A stretch of DNA of 64,000 bases from Candidatus Entotheonellaceae bacterium (GTDB taxonomy: Bacteria > Tectomicrobia > Entotheonellia > Entotheonellales > Entotheonellaceae), in contig OZ250173.1 in the NCBI GenBank assembly GCA_965238075.1, positions 960,001 through 1,024,000 on the forward strand. Direction: 5' to 3'. A program made the position numbers and the translations under genes. The notes under the pieces were generated by a model. It saw nothing but the letters and a program-made list of their open reading frames with translations. It ran no database searches and was not told the origin of the DNA. Below are positions 31,368 through 43,280 of the stretch, in pieces. Every line of letters begins with the position of its first letter. Position 1 is the stretch's first letter.

Positions 31368-34300
31368 TTAATTTCCGCTGACGCGAGCCAAGTCGTTTTT
31401 ATTTGCTTCAAACGCTTCCATGACCGCCGCTTCGCCGCTGAGGCCCTCCGCCTCGGCGCGGCGAATCGCGTCGAGCATACGCTGGTAATCCTTCGGCATG
31501 ACCTTGACGAACTTCGGCGCGTAGTCTTCCCAGGAAGCCAGAATTTTCCAGGCGCGCTCGCTCTTGGTGGCTTCGGCGTGGCGGCGGATCATCGCTTCGA
31601 CCTCAGCGCATTCGTCGGCGTCGTCGAGGCTTTCGAGGGCGACGGTCTCCGTGTTACAGCGGGACTCGAAGTCGCCGGCCTCATCGAGCACATACGCGAC
31701 GCCGCCCGACATGCCGGCGCCGAAGTTGCGGCCGGTGGCGCCGAGCACGACGACCCGTCCGCCCGTCATGTATTCGCAGCCGTGGTCACCAACGGCTTCG
31801 ATGACGGCGCGCGCGCCGCTGTTACGCACGCAGAAGCGCTCGCCCGCCGTGCCGCGGATGTATACCTCGCCGGCGGTCGCCCCGTAAAATGCCACGTTGC
31901 CGACGATGATGCTGTCCTCGGCGGTAAAGGTGGAACCCTTAGGTGGATAGAGGATGAGCTTGCCGCCGGACAGGCCCTTGCCGAAGTAGTCGTTGGCGTC
32001 ACCCTCGAGCTCCAAGGTCATGCCCGGCGGCACGAAGGCGCCGAAACTCTGACCGGCCGAGCCCTGGAAATGCAAATGGATGGTGTCCTCGGGCAGCCCC
32101 TCCGGGCCATAACGGCGGGTTACCTCGCTACCGAGAATGGTGCCGGTGACCCGGTTGGTGTTGTGGATGGGGAGGGTTTTCTTGACCGCTTCGCGGCGTT
32201 CCAGAGCAGGCTTGGCCAAGTCCAGGAGGACTTGGTTGTCGAGGCAGTGGTCCAGGCCGTGGTCTTGAGGGATTTGGCAGTAGCGGCCCACTTCCGGTCC
32301 CACTTCCGGCTGATGCAAGATGCTGGAGTAGTCCAGCCCCCTTGCCTTCCAGTGCTCCAAGGCACGCCGCATTTCGATCTTGTCCGTACGCCCGATCATC
32401 TCGTTGACGGTGCGAAAGCCGAGCTTGGCCATCAACTCACGCATTTCCTGGGCGACAAAGCGCATGAAATTGACGGCGTGCGACGGGTCGCCGGTAAATT
32501 TCTCGCGCAGCGCCGGGTTCTGCGTGGCGACGCCCACCGGGCAGGTATCGAGGTGACACACCCGCATCATGATGCAGCCGAGGGAAACCAGCGCCGTGGT
32601 GGCGAAACCGAATTCTTCGGCGCCGAGCAGGGCGGCAACCACCACGTCGCGCCCGGTTTTCAGTTGCCCATCCGTTTCGACCGCGATGCGGCTGCGCAAG
32701 TCGTTCAGCACTAGCGTCTGGTGCGTCTCGGCGAGCCCAAGTTCCCACGGCAGCCCGGCGTGCTTGATACTGGTCTGCGGGGAGGCGCCGGTGCCGCCGT
32801 CGTGACCGCTGATCAGCACCACGTCGGCGTGTCCCTTGGCAACCCCGGCGGCGATGGTGCCGACCCCCACCTCGGAGACCAGCTTGACGCTGATGCGCGC
32901 GTGATGGTTGGCGTTCTTCAGGTCGTGGATCAGTTGCGCCAGGTCCTCGATAGAATAAATGTCGTGGTGCGGCGGCGGCGAAATCAGACCGACGCCCGGC
33001 GTCGACAGCCGCACCTTGGCGATCCACGGATAGACCTTGCGTCCGGGCAATTCGCCGCCCTCGCCGGGCTTGGCGCCTTGCGCCATTTTGATCTGCAGTT
33101 CTTTGGCCTGCGTCAGGTAGTAGCTGGTCACCCCGAAGCGCCCCGAGGCGACCTGCTTGATGGCGCTGTTACGGGAATCGCCGGAGGCATCCGGCACGTA
33201 GCGCGCCGGGTCCTCGCCGCCTTCGCCGGTGTTGCTCTTGCCGCCGATGCGATTCATGGCAATAGCCAGCGCCTCGTGCGCTTCCTTGCTGATCGAGCCG
33301 TACGACATGGCGCCGGTCTTGAAGCGCCGGACGATTTCTTCCGCCGGCTCGACCTCGTCCAGCGGGATCGGCTCGGCGGCAAACTGCAATTCCATCAGGC
33401 CGCGCAGGGTGGCAAGCTGCTCCGACTGATCATCGATCAGCGCCGTGTAGGACTTGAACACCTCGTAATCCTCGTTGCGGCAGGCCTTTTGCAGCAAGTG
33501 AATGGTCCTGGGATTGAACAGGTGCAACTCGCCGTCCTTGCGGTACTGGTACTGGCCGTGCACGTCCAGCGTGTGGCCGTTGACCGGAATGGCCGGGAAA
33601 GCCTTGGTGTGCTGCCGCTGCGCCTCCAGCGCAACTTGCTCCAGGTCGATACCGCCGACGCGCGACGCCGTCCAGGTGAAATACCGGTCGACGAGTTCCT
33701 GGCTGAGACCGACCGCCTCGAAAATCTGCGCGCCGCAGTAGGACTGGATCGTCGAAATGCCCATCTTGGACATCACCTTGACGACACCCTTGACGGCGCC
33801 CTTGATATAGCCGCTGACCGCTTTTTCGTACGTGATGTCCTTGAGCATGCCCTCACCGATCATGTCGTTGAGGGATTCATAGGCCATGTACGGATTGATC
33901 GCCTGCACGCCATAGCCGAGCAGCAGGCAGAAATGATGCACCTCGCGCGGCTCGCCGGATTCGAGGACCAGTCCGACGCGCCGCCGTGTGCCCTCGCGGA
34001 TCAGGTGGTGATGCAGACCTGCCGACGCCAGCAACGCCGGAATCGGTGCGCGTTCGCGGTCCACATCTTTGTCGGAGAGAATCAACATCGTGGCGCCGTC
34101 TGCGATTGCCTGGTCCGCTGCTTGGTAGAGGGCCTGCAGGACCGCTTCCAGGCCAGCCTTGCCGTCCGCGGCCTTGAAGACGATGGGCAGGGTGGCGGCG
34201 GGAAATCCGATGTCACCGCAGCGGCGCAGTTTCTCCATCTCGCCATTCGTCAGGATGGGGAGCTTGAGGCGAATCTGCCGGCAGTTTTCCGGCTCCGGGC

Positions 34301-35969
34301 GAAGCAGGTTACGCTCCGGGCCGAGGGTCAGCGTCGTGGCGGTGATCAGCTCTTCGCGGATGGGATCGAGCGGCGGGTTGGTAACCTGGGCGAAGAGTTG
34401 CTTAAAGTAGTTGTACAAGAGTTGGGGCTTGTCGGACAGCACGGCCAACGGCGTATCCGTGCCCATCGAGCCCACCGGCTGAATCTGGTTCACCGCCATG
34501 GGTCCGATGTTGATGCGCAGGTCCTCAAAGCTGTAGCCAAACGCCTGCTGCCGCTGCAGCGTCGCCGCGTGGTCGTGCGCGGGCGGCTGTTCGGGCACGT
34601 TGGGCAGCTCGTCAAAGTGCACCAGATGGTCGTCCAGCCATTGGCGGTACGGGTGCTCCATGGCGGCGGTATGCTTGATTTCCTCGTCGCTGATGATGCG
34701 TCCCTGTTCGGTGTCCACCAGGAACATGCGCCCCGGCTGCAGCCGCTGCTTCAGCAAGACGCGCTCCGGCTCCACCTCGAGGACGCCAACTTCGGAGGCC
34801 ATGATGACCAGATCGTCCTTGGTGACGTAATAGCGCGACGGCCGCAGGCCATTACGGTCGAGCACGGCGCCGACCCGCACCCCGTCGGTGAAGGCAATCG
34901 AGGCGGGGCCGTCCCACGGCTCCATCAGGCTGCTGTGGTATTCGTAAAACGCCTTCTTCTCGTCCGGCATGCTTTCATGATTTTCCCACGGCTCCGGGAT
35001 CATCATCATCATGGACTGGGATAGCGGCCGGCCGCCCAAAGCCAGGAATTCCAGGCAATTGTCGAAGATGGCGGAGTCGCTGCCGTCGCCCTGGAGAACC
35101 GGGAAGAGCTTGGGCAGATCGTCACCAAACAGTTCCGAGGCGAGCATGGTCTGGCGGGCGTACATCCAGTTTTCGTTGCCCCGCAGGGTGTTGATTTCGC
35201 CGTTGTGAATCAAGTAGCGGAAGGGCTGCGAGCGCTCCCAGCTTGGAAACGTGTTGGTGCTGAAGCGGGAGTGGACGACCGCCAGGGCGGTTTCGACCCG
35301 CGGGTCGGACAAATCGGGAAAGTATGTCGTCACCTGCCGCGGCGTAAGCATGCCTTTATAAATGAACGTCTTGTAAGAAAGGCTGGCGACGTAGAAGAAA
35401 TCGCCGCCCGGCATGTTGCCGTAGCGGATGGCGTTCTCCGCGCTGCGGCGGATAACGTACAGTTTGCGTTCGAAGACGAGGTCATCTGAGAGGCTTGCGT
35501 CACGGCCAATAAAGATCTGTTTCAAGGCCGGCTCGCACAACCGGGCGGTGGCACCGAGGTCGGCGTTGACGGTGGGCACGTCGCGCCAGCCCAACACCGT
35601 CTGGCCTTCCCGCTCGACAATGCTTTCCAATTGCGCCATGCACTGCCGTTGCTGCTGCGCGTCGGGCGGCAGGAAGATCATGCCGACACCATACTGCCCC
35701 GGCGCCGGCAGCGCCACGCCGATATCGGCACAGGCGTCCCGGAAGAAGGCATGCGGCACTTGCAGCAAAATCCCGGCGCCGTCCCCCGTGTTGGGCTCGC
35801 ATCCGCAGGCGCCGCGATGGTCGAGATTCTCCAACACCGTGAGTGCCTGATCGACGATTTCGTGGGATTTCCTGCCTTTCACGTTGACCACAAAACCGAT
35901 GCCACAAGCGTCATGCTCGTAACGCGGATCGTAAAGCCCTTGCTTGGGAGGAATGCCGGGTTTGGTCAT
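31368..35969 (-). CDS. gltB: Glutamate synthase large subunit
   Basis: [47 protein letters not shown]; start at ATG 35969. Confidence 0.98.
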   Translation of the reverse strand: MTKPGIPPKQGLYDPRYEHDACGIGFVVNVKGRKSHEIVDQALTVLENLDHRGACGCEPNTGDGAGILLQVPHAFFRDACADIGVALPAPGQYGVGMIFLPPDAQQQRQCMAQLESIVEREGQTVLGWRDVPTVNADLGATARLCEPALKQIFIGRDASLSDDLVFERKLYVIRRSAENAIRYGNMPGGDFFYVASLSYKTFIYKGMLTPRQVTTYFPDLSDPRVETALAVVHSRFSTNTFPSWERSQPFRYLIHNGEINTLRGNENWMYARQTMLASELFGDDLPKLFPVLQGDGSDSAIFDNCLEFLALGGRPLSQSMMMMIPEPWENHESMPDEKKAFYEYHSSLMEPWDGPASIAFTDGVRVGAVLDRNGLRPSRYYVTKDDLVIMASEVGVLEVEPERVLLKQRLQPGRMFLVDTEQGRIISDEEIKHTAAMEHPYRQWLDDHLVHFDELPNVPEQPPAHDHAATLQRQQAFGYSFEDLRINIGPMAVNQIQPVGSMGTDTPLAVLSDKPQLLYNYFKQLFAQVTNPPLDPIREELITATTLTLGPERNLLRPEPENCRQIRLKLPILTNGEMEKLRRCGDIGFPAATLPIVFKAADGKAGLEAVLQALYQAADQAIADGATMLILSDKDVDRERAPIPALLASAGLHHHLIREGTRRRVGLVLESGEPREVHHFCLLLGYGVQAINPYMAYESLNDMIGEGMLKDITYEKAVSGYIKGAVKGVVKVMSKMGISTIQSYCGAQIFEAVGLSQELVDRYFTWTASRVGGIDLEQVALEAQRQHTKAFPAIPVNGHTLDVHGQYQYRKDGELHLFNPRTIHLLQKACRNEDYEVFKSYTALIDDQSEQLATLRGLMELQFAAEPIPLDEVEPAEEIVRRFKTGAMSYGSISKEAHEALAIAMNRIGGKSNTGEGGEDPARYVPDASGDSRNSAIKQVASGRFGVTSYYLTQAKELQIKMAQGAKPGEGGELPGRKVYPWIAKVRLSTPGVGLISPPPHHDIYSIEDLAQLIHDLKNANHHARISVKLVSEVGVGTIAAGVAKGHADVVLISGHDGGTGASPQTSIKHAGLPWELGLAETHQTLVLNDLRSRIAVETDGQLKTGRDVVVAALLGAEEFGFATTALVSLGCIMMRVCHLDTCPVGVATQNPALREKFTGDPSHAVNFMRFVAQEMRELMAKLGFRTVNEMIGRTDKIEMRRALEHWKARGLDYSSILHQPEVGPEVGRYCQIPQDHGLDHCLDNQVLLDLAKPALERREAVKKTLPIHNTNRVTGTILGSEVTRRYGPEGLPEDTIHLHFQGSAGQSFGAFVPPGMTLELEGDANDYFGKGLSGGKLILYPPKGSTFTAEDSIIVGNVAFYGATAGEVYIRGTAGERFCVRNSGARAVIEAVGDHGCEYMTGGRVVVLGATGRNFGAGMSGGVAYVLDEAGDFESRCNTETVALESLDDADECAEVEAMIRRHAEATKSERAWKILASWEDYAPKFVKVMPKDYQRMLDAIRRAEAEGLSGEAAVMEAFEANKNDLARVSGN

Positions 35970-36218
35970 GGGGTTGCCCTTCTTCGGTACGGCAGCGCTA
36001 CGGACCAGCGGAAGCGTTCGTAACGCTATATGGCGCGTGTAATTGGGATTGGGAACCACCTACTCAGGCGGGCTGCGAGGCCATACTGGCTGGCCTCAGA
36101 TTCGATACGTCTTACGCCCTCGTCAGTAAGGATGGAATTTGGCTGGCCGGACCTCTCATGCAGGGGAGGCCGGGGCTTGCGATTAACGTGGCAATAGAGG
36201 GATCAAATTAAGCGCCGT

Positions 36219-36247
36219 ATTATGCGTGCGGGTATATGGGCTGTCAA
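36219..36247 (-). promoter_or_regulatory. Sigma-70-type promoter of gltBD
   Basis: Minus strand TTGACA-N17-CATAAT, about 250 nt upstream of gltB. Confidence 0.7.
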
Positions 36248-36352
36248 GTTGCAAGTAGGCGCTGGACACGGCCCGACAGCGAAGGGTAACATGCCGCTTC
36301 CGTGGCTTCTGGGCTGATTTCCCAGCACCCGTTTGTGCAAGGGAGTGCGAGC

Positions 36353-36859
36353 ATGTTTCGGCAACCTAAAATCGGCCGCTGTATGGCCTTCCTGGGGCTT
36401 TCCGTTCTGTTGTTTGCCAACGTGGTTCAGGGGCAGCAGAACGGAGCGCTTTCCATCACCCACCAGGGCTTCTCCCGGCCTCAGGCACGCGGCAAGCCGC
36501 TGGCCATCGAAGCCACCATTACCGCCGCGGCCGGTATTCGCAAGGCGCAGGTATTCTGCCGCTCTGCGGGCGGTGGCGACTTCATGGCGCTGCCGATGTT
36601 ACCCGTCGAGCGCGACCTGTATCGAGCCGTGGTGCCTGACTGGCTAATGGCCGGCGCAGGTCTGGAGTACTACGTCGAGGTGACCGACAGCAACGGTCAG
36701 GCCGCCTCGCAAGGCTTCAGGGGATTCCCGCTGCAGGTGCTATTGGTCTCCACCCGTCGGTCCTCGCAGGAAGAACGCCTGAAGGCGCTACAGGAAGCCC
36801 TCGACCTCATCCGCGAACAGAATCGGCCGTCTGGAACCACCGATCGGTATAACCGTTAA
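36353..36859 (+). CDS. Hypothetical secreted protein (Ig-like fold suggested)
   Basis: Signal peptide; pattern LSITH...LAIEATI...YRAVVP...GLEYYVEVTD. Confidence 0.65.
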   Translation: MFRQPKIGRCMAFLGLSVLLFANVVQGQQNGALSITHQGFSRPQARGKPLAIEATITAAAGIRKAQVFCRSAGGGDFMALPMLPVERDLYRAVVPDWLMAGAGLEYYVEVTDSNGQAASQGFRGFPLQVLLVSTRRSSQEERLKALQEALDLIREQNRPSGTTDRYNR

Positions 36860-36904
36860 GCAGCGCTGACGGGCGGTATCCTCACCCCATACAAAGAGGT
36901 AAAC

Positions 36905-37417
36905 ATGAGTAGGATAACGGCGTTGATGTTCCTGGTGGCGCTGGCCGTGATAGCAATTGATCCGTTGAACATGGCACCCGCTGCCGCAGCACAGCACCGC
37001 TGCCTGCGCATCGCAGTGCTGACCATTGAGCCCCACGGGCAAACTGCCGAAGACGGCAAGGCAAGCCCTAGCGGCTGGTTTCCGTTGGTCTGCCGGCACG
37101 GGGCTAAATTTACGGCAACCGGGCGGCCCGCCGACGTCGATATCAGCGGCAAAGCACTGGCAGCCAAGGACGACTTCGCGGAAATCTGTGGACTCGGTAC
37201 GGAACTGGGGGGTAGTAGGATAAGCCAGTGGATATTGAACGACGCTCGCCTGAACGATGACACTCCGATGCATGACGAAGACCGCATCTGTCTCGCGCTG
37301 CATCCGATTGGCCTGTACTGCGGCGTCAGGGCGAACATGGCCGAGGTCATGAGCTTCCGCGTGATAAAGGGCGATCTTCCCGTCGCCGTGAATGAGGATT
37401 ATTGCCCGGACCGGTAG
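36905..37417 (+). CDS. Hypothetical secreted protein with six Cys
   Basis: RBS AGAGG, signal peptide, no recognised family. Confidence 0.6.
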   Translation: MSRITALMFLVALAVIAIDPLNMAPAAAAQHRCLRIAVLTIEPHGQTAEDGKASPSGWFPLVCRHGAKFTATGRPADVDISGKALAAKDDFAEICGLGTELGGSRISQWILNDARLNDDTPMHDEDRICLALHPIGLYCGVRANMAEVMSFRVIKGDLPVAVNEDYCPDR

Positions 37418-37469
37418 CCGTGCCGCTCTTGACCCCCCGTTAGGTTGGCCGATTGATAAGGAAGTTGTC

Positions 37470-38780
37470 GTGACCCCCATGGAAGAAATCGCCGGCCGCG
37501 CCAAGGACGCTGCGCTCAGGCTTGCCGGCCTGTCGACGGACGTGAAGAACCGCGCCCTGCAGGGAATGGCGGACTTATTGCGGGACCGGCGCGCGGACAT
37601 TCTGGCGGCTAATCAACAAGACGTACAGCTCGCCACCGAGCTGGTGGTGAGCGGAGCGCTGTCGAAGCCGCTCTTGGATCGCTTGAAGCTGAGCGCAGAC
37701 AAGATACTGGGCATGGCGCAAGGGGTGGAAAGCGTCTCCCAGTTGCCCGATCCGGTGGGGCAGATCTTGTCGGCGGTGGAACTGGATGCCGGCCTGGAAT
37801 TGCGGCAAGTGAGTTGCCCCATCGGCGTTATCGGGGCGATTTTCGAGTCGCGCCCGGACGCGGTGCCGCAAATCGCCTCACTGTGCTGGAAGTCCGGCAA
37901 TGCGGTCATCCTGAAAGGCGGCACCGAGGCGCAGGCATCCAACCGGATGCTGGTGAGTCTGCTGCGCCGCGCCGTCGCCGCCGTCGAGCCCGGCCTGGCA
38001 GACGCAGTGCAGATGATCGAGACGCGTGAGGACGTGCGCGCCCTGCTGCAACTCGAGGACCACATCGACCTGTTCGTGCCGCGCGGCAGCAACGACTTCG
38101 TGCGCTACATCCAGGACAACACCCGCGTGCCGGTGCTCGGGCACGCCGACGGCATCTGCCACGCCTACGTGGACCAACGCGCCGACGTTGCCCAGGCCGT
38201 CGCCGTCTGCTACGACGCCAAGGTGCAGTATCCGGCGGTGTGCAACGCCATCGAAACGGTGCTGGTGCATCGGCAGATTGCGCCGACCTTCCTGCCCCTG
38301 TTGGCCAGGGCTTACGAGCAGGCGGGCGTCGAAATGCGCGGCTGCGACGCCACGCGGATGCTGCTGCCGAACATCGTACCGGCAGCAGACGAGGACTGGG
38401 ATACCGAGTACCTTGACCTGATCGTCTCGATCCGCCTGGTGGACGACCTGGAAGCGGCGATTGCCCACGTCAATCGCCACGGGTCGGGCCACACCGACAC
38501 CATCGTCACGGAGGATCACCAAGCCGCCGAACGCTTCCTCGACGGCGTCGACGCTGCCACCGTCATGCATAACGCCTCCACCCGTTTTGCCGACGGCTTC
38601 CGCTTTGGCAAGGGTGCCGAGATCGGCATCAGCACCAACAAGACCCACGCACGCGGCCCGGTCGGGCTGGAGGGGCTGGTGCTCTATAAATACCGCCTCA
38701 GCGGGCGCGGCCACGTGGTAGCGGACTATGTTGGGCCGCAAGCCAAGCCGTTCACCCACCGCCGCCTGTCCACGGACTGA
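37470..38780 (+). CDS. proA: Gamma-glutamyl phosphate reductase
   Basis: PIGVIGAIFESRP, VCNAIET, NASTRFADG, GAEIGIST, HARGPVGL. Confidence 0.97.
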   Translation: MTPMEEIAGRAKDAALRLAGLSTDVKNRALQGMADLLRDRRADILAANQQDVQLATELVVSGALSKPLLDRLKLSADKILGMAQGVESVSQLPDPVGQILSAVELDAGLELRQVSCPIGVIGAIFESRPDAVPQIASLCWKSGNAVILKGGTEAQASNRMLVSLLRRAVAAVEPGLADAVQMIETREDVRALLQLEDHIDLFVPRGSNDFVRYIQDNTRVPVLGHADGICHAYVDQRADVAQAVAVCYDAKVQYPAVCNAIETVLVHRQIAPTFLPLLARAYEQAGVEMRGCDATRMLLPNIVPAADEDWDTEYLDLIVSIRLVDDLEAAIAHVNRHGSGHTDTIVTEDHQAAERFLDGVDAATVMHNASTRFADGFRFGKGAEIGISTNKTHARGPVGLEGLVLYKYRLSGRGHVVADYVGPQAKPFTHRRLSTD

Positions 38781-38801
38781 CGCTTCCCCTCCTCGCCCGA
38801 C

Positions 38802-39461
38802 TCAATTGAGTTTCGCGCTCCGCATCATGCCCAACACCCGGGTGAGTCGCGCGATCTGTTCCTCGACCGACAGCGTTTGCAGCACCTCCTGCTGCGCGTG
38901 CGGGTCAAGGGGCAGGTGTGAGGCGACGAAGAAGACCATGTCGATCGGGCTGGCGAGTAGCTTCAGTTGGGTGCGAAACTGGTCGGCGGCGACGCCCTTG
39001 CGGTCCAACAGGTCGAGAAATTGCTGCCGCATGGCCTCGGCCTGCTGGGCTAGCAGCGCCTGGTTCTCCAAATCAGGGTTCAGCGTCTGCACCGAGGCGC
39101 GCAAGTAGGCGCGGTCCTCGTGGAAGTCGAGCATCTCGATACGTCCCATGCCCTGGATAACGATGTCCATGCAGTCGTTCGGGCGCCGCACCGCCCGCGT
39201 GATGCGCCCAAATCCCGCAATGGGATAGGGCCGCGGCGTCCCCGACTGCTGCTCCCACCCCTTTTGGAGCAGCGCCACCGACAAATACGGCTCGCCCTCC
39301 AGGCAATCCTGCACCATCTCCTTGTAGCGCTCTTCAAAAATGTACAGGGGCAGACTGGCGTTGGGCATCAGGACGACGTTGGGCAGGGGAAAGATGGGCA
39401 GAGGGTCAGGCAATTGCGATCGATCTTCGAAGATCGGATCGTCTCCCGGGATATCGGCCAT
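38802..39461 (-). CDS. Stand-alone Lon substrate-binding (N-terminal) domain protein
   Basis: LPIFPLPNVVLMP...LYIFEERYKEMV; no ATPase or protease domain. Confidence 0.88.
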   Translation of the reverse strand: MADIPGDDPIFEDRSQLPDPLPIFPLPNVVLMPNASLPLYIFEERYKEMVQDCLEGEPYLSVALLQKGWEQQSGTPRPYPIAGFGRITRAVRRPNDCMDIVIQGMGRIEMLDFHEDRAYLRASVQTLNPDLENQALLAQQAEAMRQQFLDLLDRKGVAADQFRTQLKLLASPIDMVFFVASHLPLDPHAQQEVLQTLSVEEQIARLTRVLGMMRSAKLN

Positions 39462-39777
39462 GGCTGTGTTCCTGTCTCAGTAGAGGTTATGGCAGGACGA
39501 GGCTCGGTCTGGGGATAAAGGCCGTATCGCCTCCCTCGGGGCACCAATGTAAACGCGGCTCCGGCGGGATTCAACCCGCTTCACCCGGCCGCGGGGCGCC
39601 GCTTGGGAACCCTTTCATGCTCGGCGTGCCACCCCCGGCCATGCGCTTTGTTATTGAACATGCTACCATTCCGCCGTCCATGAACCAGTTGCGCAGCGTG
39701 TTTTCCGGTCGATGCCCGACCCCTGCCTTTCCCTAACGAGCCTGCACGGTGCGTCGGCGGCAGAAGGAGTTGACTGC

Positions 39778-41700
39778 ATGTCAAAAACAGTGGGGACCCT
39801 CCCCAGGCCCTGGTCGGTGGCTGATGCGGTCGAGACCTATGGTATCGACGATTGGGGAAGGGGCCACTTCTGCATCAGCGACGCCGGCCACGTATTGGTA
39901 ACGCCGCCGGATCAGGCGGGTCACACCATTGATTTGAAAGCCCTGGTCGATGAGGTTCGGCAACGAGGCGTCGGGCTGCCGCTCCTGCTGCGCTTCTCAG
40001 ACCTCCTGCGTAGCCGCATCGACGAGCTCAACCACGCCTTTCAGAGCGCTATTGAAGAATATGGGTATCAGGGCACGTACCGCGGCGTGTATCCGGTGAA
40101 GGTCAACCCGCAGCGCCAGGTGGTCGAAGAGGTGGTGCGCTTCGGACGGCCCTATCACCACGGCCTCGAAGCGGGCTCGAAGCCGGAGCTGCTGGCCGTG
40201 TTGGCTATGTTGGAAGACGAGGAAGCCCTGATTATTTGCAATGGCTATAAGGACAAGGAATACGTCGAAACCGCCCTGCTCGGCAGCACCATGGGCCGCA
40301 CCATCATTCTGGTGGTGGAAAAGCTCAGCGAATTGCCCCTGATCGCCCGCCTGGCCGCAAAAACGAACGTTCGCCCCCGCATCGGCGTACGCCTGCGGTT
40401 GTCAACCCGCGGCAGCGGCCGCTGGGAGGCGTCGGGCGGGGATCATTCCAAATTCGGCCTTTCGGCGCGCGAACTACTGGAATCCATCGACCTGCTGCGC
40501 CAGCACGATCTTCTTGACACGTTTGAATTGCTTCACTTCCACCTGGGCAGCCAGATCTCGAACATTCGCAACATCAAGGACGGCTTGCGGGAAGCCGGCC
40601 GTTTTTACTGCGAGTTGGTCAGAATGGGCGTGCCGCTGCGCTACCTCGACGTCGGCGGCGGCCTCGGGGTCGATTACGACGGCTCGCAGACGAACTTTCA
40701 TTCCTCCATCAACTACACCCTTCAGGAATACGCCAACGACGTGGTCTACGCCGTCCTGGAAATGTGCGAGGAAGCCTCGGTGCCGACCCCGATTCTGGTC
40801 AGCGAATCCGGCCGCGCCACGGTGGCGCATCATTGCGTGCTGGTCACCGACATCCTCGGGGTCAGCGAATTCGGCACCGCCTCGCTGGCCAGCGAGCCGC
40901 CGGAGGACGCCGCGGCCGTGGTGTGGAACATGTACGACACGTACCGCGAATTGACCCGCAAGAATTTGTTGGAAGCCTACCACGACGCCCTGCAATACAA
41001 GGACGAAACGCTGACCCTGTTCGCCCTCGGTCACTTGCAACTGCAGCAGCGGGTGCTGGCGGAGGAGTATTTCTGGGGCATCTGCCAGAAGATCCTGCGC
41101 TTCATCCGCGATGTGGACGAAATCCCCGAGGAGCTTGAAGCCCTGGAGCGGCTGCTGGCCGACACGTACTTCTGCAATTTCTCGCTGTTTCAGTCGATCC
41201 CCGACTTCTGGGCGGTCAAACAACTCTTCCCCATCATGCCCATCCACCGCCTGCACGAAGAGCCGACGCGCCGCGCCGTGTTGGCGGACATCACGTGTGA
41301 CTCGGACGGCAAAATCGACGAGTTTATTGACCGGCGCGACGTAAAACAGGTGCTCCGATTGCACTCCCCCACAGGCGAAGATTATTACCTCGGCTTCTTT
41401 CTGGTCGGCGCTTATCAGGAAATTCTCGGCGACCTGCACAACCTGTTCGGCGACACCAACACGGTGCACGTCTTCATCGGCCCCAACGGCGAGTATCATC
41501 TGGATCACGTCGTGGCCGGCGATACGGTGACGGACGTGCTGAATTACGCCAACTATTCGCGCGACGACCTTGTTGCCCGCTTGCGCCGGTCGATCGAGCG
41601 CGCCCTTCGGGCCGGGCGCATGCCCCTTGAGGCGTCCCGCCATCTGTTGGGCATCTACGAATCGGGGCTGGCCAGCTACACGTACCTCGAAGCACACTGA
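39778..41700 (+). CDS. speA: Biosynthetic arginine decarboxylase
   Basis: VYPVKVN, GLEAGSKPEL, HFHLGSQ, DVGGGLGVDYDG, DITCDSDG. Confidence 0.97.
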   Translation: MSKTVGTLPRPWSVADAVETYGIDDWGRGHFCISDAGHVLVTPPDQAGHTIDLKALVDEVRQRGVGLPLLLRFSDLLRSRIDELNHAFQSAIEEYGYQGTYRGVYPVKVNPQRQVVEEVVRFGRPYHHGLEAGSKPELLAVLAMLEDEEALIICNGYKDKEYVETALLGSTMGRTIILVVEKLSELPLIARLAAKTNVRPRIGVRLRLSTRGSGRWEASGGDHSKFGLSARELLESIDLLRQHDLLDTFELLHFHLGSQISNIRNIKDGLREAGRFYCELVRMGVPLRYLDVGGGLGVDYDGSQTNFHSSINYTLQEYANDVVYAVLEMCEEASVPTPILVSESGRATVAHHCVLVTDILGVSEFGTASLASEPPEDAAAVVWNMYDTYRELTRKNLLEAYHDALQYKDETLTLFALGHLQLQQRVLAEEYFWGICQKILRFIRDVDEIPEELEALERLLADTYFCNFSLFQSIPDFWAVKQLFPIMPIHRLHEEPTRRAVLADITCDSDGKIDEFIDRRDVKQVLRLHSPTGEDYYLGFFLVGAYQEILGDLHNLFGDTNTVHVFIGPNGEYHLDHVVAGDTVTDVLNYANYSRDDLVARLRRSIERALRAGRMPLEASRHLLGIYESGLASYTYLEAH

Positions 41701-41744
41701 TCCGCGCCGTCCTTCTTCCGGCCCATAACCCACGCACGAGGGAG

Positions 41745-42593
41745 ATGATGAGGCAGCGCCAAAGCCCGTCGATGCTGTGCCCCGGTTGCCGCAAGCTGCT
41801 GAACAGGGAAGCGCCGTTCTGTCCGCACTGCGGCATACAGCGACCGGGTGCCTGGTGGAAGCGCCTCACTCTGCGGGGATGGCTGCGCGACCCTAGTCAA
41901 GTGGTCAAGGTTCTCATCGGCATCAACGCCGGCGTGTACGTCATCTCGCTGCTGATTTCCCCGCGGAATTTCCAGGTCTCGTTCGACCTGCTGACCACGC
42001 TGTCGCCAAGTAACCAGAGCCTGTTGCAACTTGGCGCCACCGGCACCATCCCCATCGACCATCTGCAACGCTGGTGGACGCTGCTGTCGGCCAATTACCT
42101 GCACGGCGGCGTTCTGCACATCCTGTTCAACATGCTCGCATTGCGACAGCTCATACCCTTGGTGGGGCATCTCTACGGTATCAGCCGTTTGATCGTGCTC
42201 TACACGCTGACCGGTGTCGCCGGATTCTGGGTGTCGTACGTGGCGGGCGTTCCGTTCACCATCGGCGCCTCGGCGGCGTTGTGTGGGTTGATCGGGGCAA
42301 CGCTGTATTACGGCAAGAGCCGCGGCGGGCTGTTCGGTGAGGCCATTTACCGCCAGATCGGCGGCTGGGCGATCGGCATTTTCGTCATCGGGCTGCTGAT
42401 TCCCGGCATCAACAACTGGGGGCACGGCGGCGGCATGGCGGCGGGCGCCCTGCTCGGCTTCTTGATGGGCTACCGCGAACGCCGTGACGAGCAGCCTTGG
42501 CATACGACGCTGGCCGTCGTCTGCACGTCGGCGACGGGGCTCGTCCTGGCCTGGATGCTGCTGAGCAGCATTTGGCCCTACGTCCTGGGCTGA
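41745..42593 (+). CDS. Rhomboid intramembrane serine protease with N-terminal Zn-ribbon
   Basis: CPGC...CPHC; HILFNM, GASA, NWGHGGG. Confidence 0.9.
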   Translation: MMRQRQSPSMLCPGCRKLLNREAPFCPHCGIQRPGAWWKRLTLRGWLRDPSQVVKVLIGINAGVYVISLLISPRNFQVSFDLLTTLSPSNQSLLQLGATGTIPIDHLQRWWTLLSANYLHGGVLHILFNMLALRQLIPLVGHLYGISRLIVLYTLTGVAGFWVSYVAGVPFTIGASAALCGLIGATLYYGKSRGGLFGEAIYRQIGGWAIGIFVIGLLIPGINNWGHGGGMAAGALLGFLMGYRERRDEQPWHTTLAVVCTSATGLVLAWMLLSSIWPYVLG

Positions 42594-42676
42594 TCCCTCG
42601 GAAAAGGTTGCGTCGCAGCCAGGCCCTATGCGAATGTGCGCCGCAACCGACAATCGCGTGAGGGGCGTGCACAGCC

Positions 42677-43270
42677 ATGAGCAAAGCGAAAAACGAATCG
42701 GCTTCGCGCGAGCGCGACATCGTCGCCACGGCCGCCCGATTGTTCAAGGAGAAGGGGTATCGGGCGACGACCCTGGAAGATATCGCCGCAGCGGTGGGGA
42801 TGCTCAAAGGGAGTCTGTATTACTACATTCGCAGTAAGGAAGAGTTGCTCTATCTGGTCGTCCGCGACCCCATCCGTGAGGTGTATAGCGAACTCGAAGC
42901 CATTGTCGCCGCCGACCTGCCGTTCACCGAAAAGATCGCCCAGGCCATTACCAACCACATGACGGTTTTCCATCTGCATTACCCGCACATCGCCGTGTAC
43001 CTGCACGACTACCACCATCTCATGGACAAACTGGAGCAGAACGTCATTGAGACCCCCAAGCAGTATCAGCGCTTGTGGGACACCTTGCTGCGCCAGGGCA
43101 TTGCCGCCGGAGAAATACGCGACGACGTCGATGCCACCATGGCCGGCTACGCCCTCCTCGGCATGTGCAACTGGGCTTATCGCTGGTACAGCCCGACCGG
43201 CCGGCTTTCACCTCAGGAAATCGCGGACGTGTTCACCAGAATCGCCCTACATGGTCTCAGCCGTACCTGA
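42677..43270 (+). CDS. TetR family regulator (KstR2-like C-terminus)
   Basis: HTH GYRATTLEDIA...KGSLYYY; GMCNWAYRWY. Confidence 0.92.
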   Translation: MSKAKNESASRERDIVATAARLFKEKGYRATTLEDIAAAVGMLKGSLYYYIRSKEELLYLVVRDPIREVYSELEAIVAADLPFTEKIAQAITNHMTVFHLHYPHIAVYLHDYHHLMDKLEQNVIETPKQYQRLWDTLLRQGIAAGEIRDDVDATMAGYALLGMCNWAYRWYSPTGRLSPQEIADVFTRIALHGLSRT

Positions 43271-43280
43271 TCTGCCCGCC

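Noticed and set aside
32721-35024. 767-aa plus-strand ORF and similar antisense ORFs (249..1241, 53973..55301, 63275..63943)
   Set aside because: Stop-poor antisense frames of well-identified genes in GC-rich DNA.
36070-36135. Hammerhead-like CUGACGA...CGAA in the gltB leader
   Set aside because: The core reads GAAU rather than GAAA, stem II is weak, and no matching cleavage triplet or stem I was found.
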